A stretch of 64,000 bases of DNA from a virus (IMGVR_UViG_3300012016_000003:1-64000); one strand, 5' to 3'; positions 8,664-16,832 are shown, counted from the stretch's first letter. Program-made: numbers and translations. The notes: generated by a model from the sequence alone, not told the origin.

Positions 8664-9469
8664 AAAAGTATGCGACATACATCCGTGTGTCAACCTTAAA
8701 ACAAGGTACAAGCGGACTGGGTCTTGAAGCCCAGCGAAAGATTTGCAAAGACTTTATAAATGCAAATGATGGCGAATTGGTTGCCGAATACAAGGACGTT
8801 GAAAGCGGTACGCATCGTGACCGAAAAGGTCTGCTTGATGCCATTGAATACTGCAAGCGAAATTCTTGTGCGCTTGTCATTGCAAAGCTAGACCGACTTG
8901 CACGTGATGTTGAGTTTTGTTTCAAGGTTGTCAACACTGGAATTGAAATTCATTTCTGCGACATGCCACAAATAAATACTTTGCTTTTGGGAGTGTTTGC
9001 CAGTGTTGCTCAATATGAGCGTGAACTGACAAGTGACCGTACAAAGAAAGCCCTTGCTGCAAAGAAGGAGCGTGGCGAGGTAACTGGCGGAGCCAGCCAA
9101 AAATGGCGGGATGCCTTTGAAAGCAAAAGCAAGGAACAAGTCGAAACGGAAATGAAAAAGCGGGGCACAACCAAAAACCGTAGGCACATCGAAAGCCGAG
9201 ATGTTCAGGCTTTCATAAAGGTGCTTAAAAACGTATTTCCTTTGGCTACAGCGGGCGATGATATGTGCGCTTGGGATTGGGATAGCATAGGAACAAAAGA
9301 GGGCTTTAAACAAAAGATAACGGCCCTTATGAAAGATTATAAGGATATAGACCCGACATTGTTTCCAAAGTGGAATTTCGAGGATTGTGAAAGTGAAGCT
9401 TTCAGGGTAAAGTTAGCCAGCTATATTTGCAACCTTAAAAAAGCTATATTCAAGTATTATGGAAAGTAG
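8660..9469 (+). CDS. Serine recombinase (resolvase/invertase family)
   Basis: YIRVSTLKQ catalytic motif, LVIAKLDRLARD, VFASVAQYERELTSDRTK. Confidence 0.92.
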   Translation: MKKYATYIRVSTLKQGTSGLGLEAQRKICKDFINANDGELVAEYKDVESGTHRDRKGLLDAIEYCKRNSCALVIAKLDRLARDVEFCFKVVNTGIEIHFCDMPQINTLLLGVFASVAQYERELTSDRTKKALAAKKERGEVTGGASQKWRDAFESKSKEQVETEMKKRGTTKNRRHIESRDVQAFIKVLKNVFPLATAGDDMCAWDWDSIGTKEGFKQKITALMKDYKDIDPTLFPKWNFEDCESEAFRVKLASYICNLKKAIFKYYGK

Positions 9470-9938
9470 CAAGAAAAACGTCATTGTTGAGCAGACCGAA
9501 AAGTTCGCTCAACTTTGTTCGGGTAGGCAGAAAGCCTTCTATCAAAGGATGCTATGTGACCTTGAAGAGGTTAAAATTAGTCCACTATGTGAAGTCTTTA
9601 CAAAAGACGAGATAGAGGAAATCAAAAGATGTGTAGCACCAAAGAAAAAAGAGTGTTATAGGAATGCGTTTGAGTTGGCACGGCTATTCCATGACCGTGT
9701 TCAATATGTCGAGGGATATGCTACCATAGCTGGTGTGCTACCTTTTGAGCACGCTTTCAACAAGGTTGGCGACAAATACGTAGATATAACCAAAGAGATG
9801 GCTTTGAAAGAAAAGCCTGACGAGGGAGAAATCTACATGAAACTTGGAACATACACAGTAGAGGAATGCCTCGACATAATGTATGAAACTGGTGTCTATG
9901 GTGGTATGTACTACCATACGTTTTTTCAAGATAATTAA
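9459..9938 (+). CDS. Hypothetical protein with possible Cys-His-Asp (transglutaminase/papain-like) triad
   Basis: KECYRNA..YVEGY..HAFN..YVDIT. Confidence 0.55.
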   Translation: MESSKKNVIVEQTEKFAQLCSGRQKAFYQRMLCDLEEVKISPLCEVFTKDEIEEIKRCVAPKKKECYRNAFELARLFHDRVQYVEGYATIAGVLPFEHAFNKVGDKYVDITKEMALKEKPDEGEIYMKLGTYTVEECLDIMYETGVYGGMYYHTFFQDN

Positions 9939-9957
9939 CAATCAAAAACTATTGACT

Positions 9958-10410
9958 ATGAAAACAAAAATTACAATTACTGAAATCAGCCACGAAGATT
10001 TAGTGGAGTTGTTATCCACTGCACTTTACGGTTCTGCGTGGTTGGGGTGCGACTATCGGGTCGGCTACAACAAAGAAACAGTCAAGTTTGAAGATGATAC
10101 TTGTTTTGAGGATAGGGCTGCACGTTGTCTGCTTCAAGGAAAGTACATTGAATTTCTTGATAGATTAGCCGAGGATAGTGATGAAGCCTATGGAAACCTT
10201 CCACACTATTGGGACGAGGACGAGTGCTGCATGGTCTACAAAGTAACCCTAAAGGATATAGAGGATGGACTGGCTCGTATGCTTGAATGTAATGGGTGGT
10301 ACTTGGAGTGCGCCACAGCTTTTGTGCAGTACGAAAACGGGAATTTCGACTACACCTATGCAGATGTTATTATCCAGTTTATTCTTTTTGGAGAACAAGT
10401 TTATAGTTAA
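9958..10410 (+). CDS. Hypothetical protein
   Basis: ORF 9883..10410; likely ATG at 9958 (MKTKITIT). Confidence 0.75.
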   Translation: MKTKITITEISHEDLVELLSTALYGSAWLGCDYRVGYNKETVKFEDDTCFEDRAARCLLQGKYIEFLDRLAEDSDEAYGNLPHYWDEDECCMVYKVTLKDIEDGLARMLECNGWYLECATAFVQYENGNFDYTYADVIIQFILFGEQVYS

Positions 10411-10420
10411 ATAAATTACT

Positions 10421-10666
10421 ATGGCAAAGATTTACAAAGTGAGTGGTTCTATTACCATTCAAACCCCTGACTTGGATGGGGTATTAGGAGATGAAGATGT
10501 GGATACCTATAATAACTTATATACTTCAAAAGTAAATGCCATTGCAATGGCACAAAGGCTCTTTGCAAAGGGTATCGCAAGCTGGGTTTATGTACTGGAG
10601 TTGACTATAGGTGAGCATGGGGTTGAAAACAGCATACGCATATATAAAAAATATAAAAAATCTTAA
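10421..10666 (+). CDS. Hypothetical protein
   Basis: 81-aa ORF. Confidence 0.7.
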   Translation: MAKIYKVSGSITIQTPDLDGVLGDEDVDTYNNLYTSKVNAIAMAQRLFAKGIASWVYVLELTIGEHGVENSIRIYKKYKKS

Positions 10667-10670
10667 TACT

Positions 10671-10901
10671 ATGGCAGACATTAATTTAAATGAAGAAAAA
10701 AGCAAGTCACAATGCGATATGATTGCCGACTGGCTGGCACAAGGTTATTCCCTGACAAGCCTTGATGCTTTGAGGCTTTTCGGGTGCCTTCGGCTAAGTA
10801 GCAGAATTTGGGATTTAAGAGAGAGAGGTATGAATATACAAAAGAAAACGGTAGTCCTACCAAACAAAAAACGTGTATGCGAATACTTTATACCAAAATA
10901 A
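10671..10901 (+). CDS. Small winged helix-turn-helix protein
   Basis: LTSLDALRLFGCLRLSSRIWDLRERGMNI; ATG at 10671. Confidence 0.8.
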   Translation: MADINLNEEKSKSQCDMIADWLAQGYSLTSLDALRLFGCLRLSSRIWDLRERGMNIQKKTVVLPNKKRVCEYFIPK

Positions 10902-11081
10902 TTTGGTAATTCATCTTATTTTTTGTATTACCGAAACGCATGAGATTGATTTAAGCCACTTTTAAGGCGATTTAAGGCATTTTCTTTAGTGTTGTGGGAT
11001 AGTTACCCACCCACACAAAGAAAGTGGCTTAGAAACAAAATTAGATAGGAAATTCAAGTTTAATTTAAAAATATAATAACT

Positions 11082-11390
11082 ATGGGATATAAAGTAAAAA
11101 TTGTTGAGCCATCCAAATATGCGATGGAAGAGGCAAAGAATGCTCCTAGCCAGTACAATGAAATAAAGAAGAAACATCCTGAATGTGTAATCTTGTTCCG
11201 TGTTGGCGACTTTTATGAAGCCTATTGTGAAGATGCGGAAACTTGTTCCGAGGTGCTTGGAATTACGTTGTCCTACTTTGGGGAAAATCGCCTATATCGT
11301 ATGGCTGGTTTCCACCATTATAACCTTGACATCTTTCTGCCAAAGCTAATACGTGCTGGAAAGCGAATTGCGATATGTGAAAAGGAATAA
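11082..11390 (+). CDS. Stand-alone MutS N-terminal (mismatch-binding, domain I) protein
   Basis: QYNEIKKKHPECVILFRVGDFYEAYCEDA..LGITL..MAGF. Confidence 0.88.
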   Translation: MGYKVKIVEPSKYAMEEAKNAPSQYNEIKKKHPECVILFRVGDFYEAYCEDAETCSEVLGITLSYFGENRLYRMAGFHHYNLDIFLPKLIRAGKRIAICEKE

Positions 11391-11410
11391 CAACTTAAAA
11401 CTTTAATGAT

Positions 11411-11743
11411 ATGACACAAGTAGAGTTTCATGACCTAGGAAATTTAGGTCGAAAGATTAATGAGTATTGCCGTGCAATGGAGAACTTTCGTGCAGTAAAG
11501 GAAGGTAGAACGATGCTTGCCAAAGGCTTGCATGTTGAATACCCCAACATGCCAATAGAGAACATCCGTAATAGTCTATGGAAACAAGAGGAGGATTTTG
11601 CAAAGACTGCTCAGTTGGCTTTTGATGAAATGCGCTCATGTGCCTATAGCCTTGGCTGGGACATTGATTATAAAGACGTGCGTAATGAACTTGATGGCAT
11701 ATTACGCAAGCCTATAACTAATTTAAATGACATAAATGTTTAA
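11411..11743 (+). CDS. Hypothetical protein
   Basis: 110-aa ORF. Confidence 0.7.
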   Translation: MTQVEFHDLGNLGRKINEYCRAMENFRAVKEGRTMLAKGLHVEYPNMPIENIRNSLWKQEEDFAKTAQLAFDEMRSCAYSLGWDIDYKDVRNELDGILRKPITNLNDINV

Positions 11744-11745
11744 CT

Positions 11746-11934
11746 ATGGTAACTTGGAAAGCAACAATTAAGGAGCGTGGCAATGATAACCTCCTTACAC
11801 CTTCGTACACATTTGGCGAGAACTTGGATGAGCAGAATGAAGAACTGACAAGAAAGTTCCTTATAAAGTTTTGGGGACTTGAAGAACCAGATGTTGAATG
11901 GTACGAGTTGGAAAGAATTGAAGTAAAGATTTAA
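11746..11934 (+). CDS. Hypothetical protein
   Basis: 62 aa; FWGLEEPDVEWY motif. Confidence 0.7.
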   Translation: MVTWKATIKERGNDNLLTPSYTFGENLDEQNEELTRKFLIKFWGLEEPDVEWYELERIEVKI

Positions 11935-11936
11935 AA

Positions 11937-12140
11937 TTGATAAAGATTATGAAAAAGATTTTATTCAAGAGTGCCGAACTGGAAAAAGAAATCCTAGTTG
12001 GCGAGGTCGGTGAGTTGGTCTATGCACTATGCAAGAATGTTGATGAAGTGAATAATGCTATCCGTTGGTGTAATGCACACAAGACGGGTGAGGTGTTCAA
12101 TAGTGAGTTATATACAATGGAAATTCTTAATGATAAATAA
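11937..12140 (+). CDS. Hypothetical protein
   Basis: 67-aa ORF. Confidence 0.65.
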   Translation: MIKIMKKILFKSAELEKEILVGEVGELVYALCKNVDEVNNAIRWCNAHKTGEVFNSELYTMEILNDK

Positions 12141-12149
12141 TAGTTTAGT

Positions 12150-12404
12150 ATGGAACTACAAAAAGACTCAAAAGGTCATAATCTTGTGACCTACTTCATG
12201 TGGTACATGATGAACGAGTGGTGTTTAAAAGAAGCACAAACTGTATTTGGTGATGACTTAGGTCAGCACGTTTATTTGAAATGGGTTGAGGTTGTTAGAT
12301 ATGGTAGTGGTGACCAGCTTCGATTCTATTCAAATCTTGACACTATTTGCAGAAACAAGTTGGTTGCGAGGGCACTTGAAATCTATGACAAAACGGAGGA
12401 ATAA
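12150..12404 (+). CDS. Hypothetical protein
   Basis: 84-aa ORF. Confidence 0.7.
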   Translation: MELQKDSKGHNLVTYFMWYMMNEWCLKEAQTVFGDDLGQHVYLKWVEVVRYGSGDQLRFYSNLDTICRNKLVARALEIYDKTEE

Positions 12405-12407
12405 CCT

Positions 12408-12602
12408 ATGGCAAGACTGGATTATGACATTGATAATTTCAGCGGTAGGCATTATCGTGGTACTAGATATGACATCGTTGCAGACGGGGATATTGTGTAC
12501 CACGATATTCCAGAGGAAGCCGTTGATAGGCTTGTAGAGGAAATGGAACGCAAGCCTTGGTTGTATAGTAACATTGATGTTGTTGAACTTAATCGTAATT
12601 AG
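12408..12602 (+). CDS. Small acidic protein
   Basis: 64 aa, D/E-rich. Confidence 0.7.
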   Translation: MARLDYDIDNFSGRHYRGTRYDIVADGDIVYHDIPEEAVDRLVEEMERKPWLYSNIDVVELNRN

Positions 12603-12604
12603 AT

Positions 12605-12799
12605 ATGGCACTTGTATTAGATGACTTTCAGTTGGAAAGGATATGTGACCGTTCCGCTGATTTTTGTGGTTTGAATTGTAGGCAGTGTGAGGCTTTTATA
12701 GCAAACCTACGTTATCATGGGGATATAGTAGATGATGATGATGAAGAAGACCCCGATAGTTGGAATGATGATGAATATGTAGAATGTGATGATGATTAA
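12605..12799 (+). CDS. Small Cys-containing protein with a highly acidic tail
   Basis: CGLNCRQC then DDDDEEDPDSWNDDEYVECDDD. Confidence 0.7.
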   Translation: MALVLDDFQLERICDRSADFCGLNCRQCEAFIANLRYHGDIVDDDDEEDPDSWNDDEYVECDDD

Positions 12800-12942
12800 C
12801 AATCTACCACCCCTATACCCAAAATTCACACTTTTGCCCTTGAAAAGTGGCTTAACATTTATTTATCAAAATATATTGTCTATATTATTTATCTATATTA
12901 TTTATCTTATAAGATATACTGTGTATATAGTATATTTTATAG

Positions 12943-13043
12943 TGTTAGAAATTTAATAGGATTTTGTTAGAAATTTAATAAAGAAATGTTAGAAATTTAA
13001 TAGGCATGTTAGAAATCTAATAATTTTTGTTAGAAATTTAATA
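12943..13043 (+). repeat. Five 16-bp iterons; probable replication origin
   Basis: TGTTAGAAAT(T/C)TAATA at 12943, 12965, 12987, 13007 and 13028 (spacing 22, 22, 20, 21), next to a very AT-rich tract and directly upstream of a wHTH gene. Confidence 0.8.
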
Positions 13044-13073
13044 GATATGCCGATATTAAATTTTCCTAATTCA

Positions 13074-13105
13074 TTTGTTTGTTATAGATATTTTGTATAA
13101 TTTTG
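13074..13105 (+). promoter_or_regulatory. Bacteroidota promoter
   Basis: TTTG at ~13074-13081 and TAATTTTG at 13098-13105. Confidence 0.75.
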
Positions 13106-13107
13106 CA

Positions 13108-13230
13108 AGTGGAAAAGAAAGGGATAGGATGGAAGTCATGAGCCAACCGAAAAGACCTCCTTGCACCCGTTTAGGTCTTCCCTTTTTTCCACTTTTTAAT
13201 GGGTGCAGAATTTTTTTAATGGGTGCAGAA
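13108..13230 (+). ncRNA. Three-way-junction leader RNA whose loop is complementary to two downstream start-codon sites (copy 1)
   Basis: P1 13108-13123/13180-13193; P3 AAGACCT/AGGTCTT with loop TTGCACCCGTT; targets AATGGGTGCAG at 13198 and 13218. Confidence 0.7.
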
Positions 13231-13779
13231 ATGAAAGTGGTTTATTACAAAGGGTTGATTACCCACAGTCTTGGTTTAACTCCAACTGAAAGAATTTTGT
13301 ATTCTTTTTTGTTGAGGGTTTCAATTAACAATTCGGGTTTGGTGTTTGATGAAGAGGACGGTACTTACATAAGTGATGCCATTGAAGGTCTTGAAGATAT
13401 TCCAGTCATTAAAATAAAAAATCAAATCCAGCTTGCAATGAAGTTAAAGATAATGTCGCAAGGTGCTATTTCACTTGCATATCAAAGCTTAAAGGATAAG
13501 GGTGTAATAGATACTGGTTTTGACACAATAAAATTAAACAACCTTCCTTTAGGTGGGTATTTTGAACTGCAAGTAGAAAGCAATCTTCGTGGCGAATTGT
13601 TGATTTTCTATTCTTGGCTTAAAGACCTTGGGAAAGGAAGACCAATCTCTGCAAAGATGAAAAGGCTTGCTGAATTGTACGGTGGTATGCCAATGGCTAA
13701 CATCCGTGACTACCTTTTTCGGTTAAGGTCAAAAGGACTTATAGAACGTGATGAAAAGAATAATTTAATTGTCAAATAA
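13219..13779 (+). CDS. Probable replication initiator / two-wHTH DNA-binding protein
   Basis: LTPTERILYSFL, ISLAYQSLKDKGVI and IRDYLFRLRSKGLIER wHTH-like segments; follows the iterons; ATG at 13219 or 13231. Confidence 0.6.
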   Translation: MGAEMKVVYYKGLITHSLGLTPTERILYSFLLRVSINNSGLVFDEEDGTYISDAIEGLEDIPVIKIKNQIQLAMKLKIMSQGAISLAYQSLKDKGVIDTGFDTIKLNNLPLGGYFELQVESNLRGELLIFYSWLKDLGKGRPISAKMKRLAELYGGMPMANIRDYLFRLRSKGLIERDEKNNLIVK

Positions 13780-13787
13780 TAGATTTT

Positions 13788-14375
13788 ATGAAGTACAAGA
13801 TTTACACCGATGGTGCTTACAGCCAAAAGAACAATGAAGGTGCTTTTGCCTATGTTATCCTTAATGTTGAGGATGCCGAGGTAGAAAGAAAGGCACGTGT
13901 CATAAAGAATGAAACCAACAATCGTGCTGAACTTAAAGCTATCATTTCTGCGGTGCATCGTCTACCGAGTGATGCAACAAGTGTTACTGTATATTCCGAT
14001 TCACAATACGCATTGAAAACACTTTCAGGAGAATGGTCGCATTCCAACAATCATGACATCTTTAAAGTGTGGTACAATGTTCTTAAAGAACATCCAGACC
14101 TAGATATTTCCTATGAATGGGTAAAAGGACACAATGGGAATGTCTATAATGAACTTTGCGACCAGTTATGTAATGATGCACTTGGCTATGATGCGAACAA
14201 GGAATTTGAAAAGTACAAAAAGTACAAAAGGAAAGAAAAAGAAAAGGAAGAGCCAAAGATTAGGATTACATCCGACTTGGCTTGGAGGATATATAACTTT
14301 ATAGAATGCTACAAGGCTGGCAACTATGGCGAGATGACCTTGCAAGAAGCCTTGGATGCAGACTTTGACTATTAA
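13788..14375 (+). CDS. rnhA: Ribonuclease HI
   Basis: YTDGA, TNNRAELKAI, YSDSQY, WVKGHNGNVYNELCDQL. Confidence 0.95.
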   Translation: MKYKIYTDGAYSQKNNEGAFAYVILNVEDAEVERKARVIKNETNNRAELKAIISAVHRLPSDATSVTVYSDSQYALKTLSGEWSHSNNHDIFKVWYNVLKEHPDLDISYEWVKGHNGNVYNELCDQLCNDALGYDANKEFEKYKKYKRKEKEKEEPKIRITSDLAWRIYNFIECYKAGNYGEMTLQEALDADFDY

Positions 14376-14670
14376 CTTTAATTTAACTGTAACTATGGGA
14401 CTAAGAGCAAAGTGGTTGGAGTTCCGAAAGAAGGAAACCAACAAAAGACGTGAGGATTTTCGGCAGTATGCCATCAAGGAGGCTAATAGAAGATTTAACC
14501 TTGTGAACAACGGCTACAACATGATTACCTTTGACGGGTATGTTGTAAGCCTTAGTGTTGACGATGCCGACCAAAAGCAACTGTGTGAAAGACTTTGTGA
14601 ACTTCGTGAAGAGTTTATTCGCAAGCTGATGGATGAGTCAGGTTTGTGGAAGCATACTGAAAACATTTAA
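14356..14670 (+). CDS. Hypothetical protein
   Basis: ORF 104 aa; a later ATG (MGLRAKW) is the likely start. Confidence 0.65.
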   Translation: MQTLTINFNLTVTMGLRAKWLEFRKKETNKRREDFRQYAIKEANRRFNLVNNGYNMITFDGYVVSLSVDDADQKQLCERLCELREEFIRKLMDESGLWKHTENI

Positions 14671-14690
14671 CTTTTTTTAAGGTTTTCAAT

Positions 14691-14721
14691 TTTGCATATT
14701 GAAAGGAAAGTGGTAATTTTG
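14691..14721 (+). promoter_or_regulatory. Bacteroidota promoter
   Basis: TTTGCATA..TAATTTTG. Confidence 0.75.
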
Positions 14722-14724
14722 CAA

Positions 14725-14907
14725 TACATATAATGATTGAACGATTAGCATTTACAATTTAACTCCTAGATTTAGATTAGACATGCTGCACAGCGGTGCA
14801 GTGAAAAAAAGTAACCCGTGACGGGCGAAAATCAAACTCATAACTTTAGAATTAATTTTATTTGTTTCCATGAAAGCAAGGTGTCCGTGAGGACGGTACT
14901 TGCTTTT
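14725..14907 (+). ncRNA. Candidate small-RNA cassette (antisense-to-start-codon segments plus GNRA hairpins)
   Basis: Non-coding region after the promoter. Hairpins CTGCAC/GTGCAG, CCCG/CGGG and AAAGCAAG-GT-GTCC-GTGA-GGAC-GGTA-CTTGCTTT. Confidence 0.5.
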
Positions 14908-14965
14908 AACCTTGGGCGGTTTGTATAATGTAGTTTGCATCGTAAAAAAAATAGAAAATAGAAAA

Positions 14966-15451
14966 ATGGATATACAATTATCAACAAGAACACAAGCAAT
15001 ACTTGTGGCATACAAAAGAGGGTATCGTGTTGTGGATAACAAAGTTCTTTCCCCTAATAAGAAGGAAAGGACTTTAACGAATCATCACGGTTATTCTTCG
15101 TTTTGTATTACCTTTGGTGGGAAAAGTGTGCAAGTCGCTGTACATAGACTTGCAGCGTATCAAAAATTTGGCGACTTATTGCTTGCAGCAGAATGCGTTA
15201 GGCATTTGGACGGCAACCCATCAAACAATAGACTGGAAAATTTAGAAATTGGTACGAACAGTGACAATATGATGGATATACCAAAAGAAAAGAGGAAACA
15301 ACATGCAAAAAGAGCAAGTTCTTTTTTGATTAAATATGATAAAGATAGTGTTATTGAATTTTACAACAAAACAAAATCTTATAAAGAAACAATGAAACAT
15401 TTTGGCATTACATCAAAGGGAACTCTTTATGCAATAATACACAGGAAATAA
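14966..15451 (+). CDS. HNH homing endonuclease
   Basis: VAVHRLAA..CVRHLDGNPSNNRLENLEIGTNSDNMMD; ATG at 14966. Confidence 0.9.
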   Translation: MDIQLSTRTQAILVAYKRGYRVVDNKVLSPNKKERTLTNHHGYSSFCITFGGKSVQVAVHRLAAYQKFGDLLLAAECVRHLDGNPSNNRLENLEIGTNSDNMMDIPKEKRKQHAKRASSFLIKYDKDSVIEFYNKTKSYKETMKHFGITSKGTLYAIIHRK

Positions 15452-15466
15452 AAACATAAAGAAAGT

Positions 15467-15808
15467 ATGCTTGACAAGAATTTTGTTATACTGGAAGGAC
15501 TTGTGGGAGATGATGCGAAGTTTGGAAGGACGCAAGAAGGTAAGGATTTCTTTACCTTCTCGCTTTGCATAAACTCCTTCATGAAGGAAATTGCCGACAG
15601 TACCGAAAGAACCCATTCCCAGACCTATGTCAGGATATTCGTTTATGACAAACGCCAGCTTGAATATCTTCACAAGGTGGATGTTCATCGTGGGCAAAGG
15701 GTTTCAATTCTTGGTCGCCTTTCATCCTACAAGGCAGAATACAAGGGAAATACCTACATAACTTGCAACGTGGTTTGTAGGGATATTACGGTGATAAAGA
15801 CTAATTAA
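15467..15808 (+). CDS. ssb: Single-stranded DNA-binding protein
   Basis: NFVILEGLVGDDAKFGRTQEG..GQRVSILGRL; OB-fold pattern, upstream of YqaJ/RecT. Confidence 0.75.
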   Translation: MLDKNFVILEGLVGDDAKFGRTQEGKDFFTFSLCINSFMKEIADSTERTHSQTYVRIFVYDKRQLEYLHKVDVHRGQRVSILGRLSSYKAEYKGNTYITCNVVCRDITVIKTN

Positions 15809-15830
15809 CTATTTTATTTATTTTATTTTT

Positions 15831-16832
15831 ATGGAAGAATTAAAAGACTACAAGCAAGAGATTACCCAAACCCGTGTCGGTTGCTTGGGTAGTAGTGATG
15901 GAAAGATGTTGGCGCAGATTGCCACATTGGGTAAAGTGCCAAAGAGTGCATACAAGCGGTTGGCAGTGTGCAAGGGGTTGATACCACAAGAGGAAATTCC
16001 TACAAGTGCAGCGATGAAGGCTGGCGATGACATTGAGATGGCAGTGTACCGACACATCATGGCTATAAAGCGTGACCCACGATATGAAAGCAATCCATTG
16101 TGGGTTTCCGATAAGTATTCAAGAAAGAATGTAAAACTCATTTCACACCCCGATATAGTCAAGAGGGATGATGCCCGTAAGATGTTGTTTGTGTATGAAG
16201 TCAAGACAACAAAGTTTAGTTTTGAGGACACAAGGGATGAATACAAGACGCAGCTTTATATTCACTATATTCTCGGCAAGGAAATGGCAGCGAAGTATGG
16301 CAAGGGTTGGGGTGTAAAGGTGTTCTTGGTACACTATTCAACCACTGGGCTTGACTTGGAGAATGGCATTGAGTTTGATGTTTCACGCCTTACCATAAAG
16401 GAAATAAGCTTTAACGCACAAGTGTTTAGTGTTAATCGTGCTATGGATGTTGTTGATGAGTTCTTGGAAGGGTTTAACGAATACTACGAGGGGGATGATA
16501 TTAACGCTGACTTGTTGCCTGCAAAGATAAAGGAGGAATTTGACCTTGTGGCAGCTACCTTGGTTGAAATCAAGGAACGTGAGAATATGGTTGATGCTTT
16601 CAAGAATAAACTGTATGAATTTATGGTTTCCCATGACATCAAGTCTATAAAGAATGATGCCTTTTCTATTTCCCGTGTTGACCCTACCGTGAGCAAGTCT
16701 TTTGATGCAAAGAAATACATGGATGACTTGTCAAGGGAACATCCGAGAAAGGCTAAGAAAATTATAGATACATACACCAAGGTCACAAAGCGGAAAGGGT
16801 ATTGTACGATAAAGGTAAAAGAAGAAAAATGA
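15831..16832 (+). CDS. YqaJ/lambda-type exonuclease
   Basis: RVGCLGSSD..AMKAGDDIE..ISHPD..VYEVKTT..YKTQLY. Confidence 0.85.
   Translation: MEELKDYKQEITQTRVGCLGSSDGKMLAQIATLGKVPKSAYKRLAVCKGLIPQEEIPTSAAMKAGDDIEMAVYRHIMAIKRDPRYESNPLWVSDKYSRKNVKLISHPDIVKRDDARKMLFVYEVKTTKFSFEDTRDEYKTQLYIHYILGKEMAAKYGKGWGVKVFLVHYSTTGLDLENGIEFDVSRLTIKEISFNAQVFSVNRAMDVVDEFLEGFNEYYEGDDINADLLPAKIKEEFDLVAATLVEIKERENMVDAFKNKLYEFMVSHDIKSIKNDAFSISRVDPTVSKSFDAKKYMDDLSREHPRKAKKIIDTYTKVTKRKGYCTIKVKEEK

Noticed and set aside
8660-9469. IS607-type element
   Set aside because: No N-terminal MerR HTH, no TnpB, and the gene is coupled to its neighbours by overlaps.
12943-13043. CRISPR array
   Set aside because: Repeats are 16 bp with 4-6-bp gaps and there are no cas genes; they fit iterons.
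13075-13218. N-terminal extension of the wHTH ORF from the TTG at 13075
   Set aside because: It overlaps the promoter and the structured leader; the ATG at 13219 or 13231 is more plausible.
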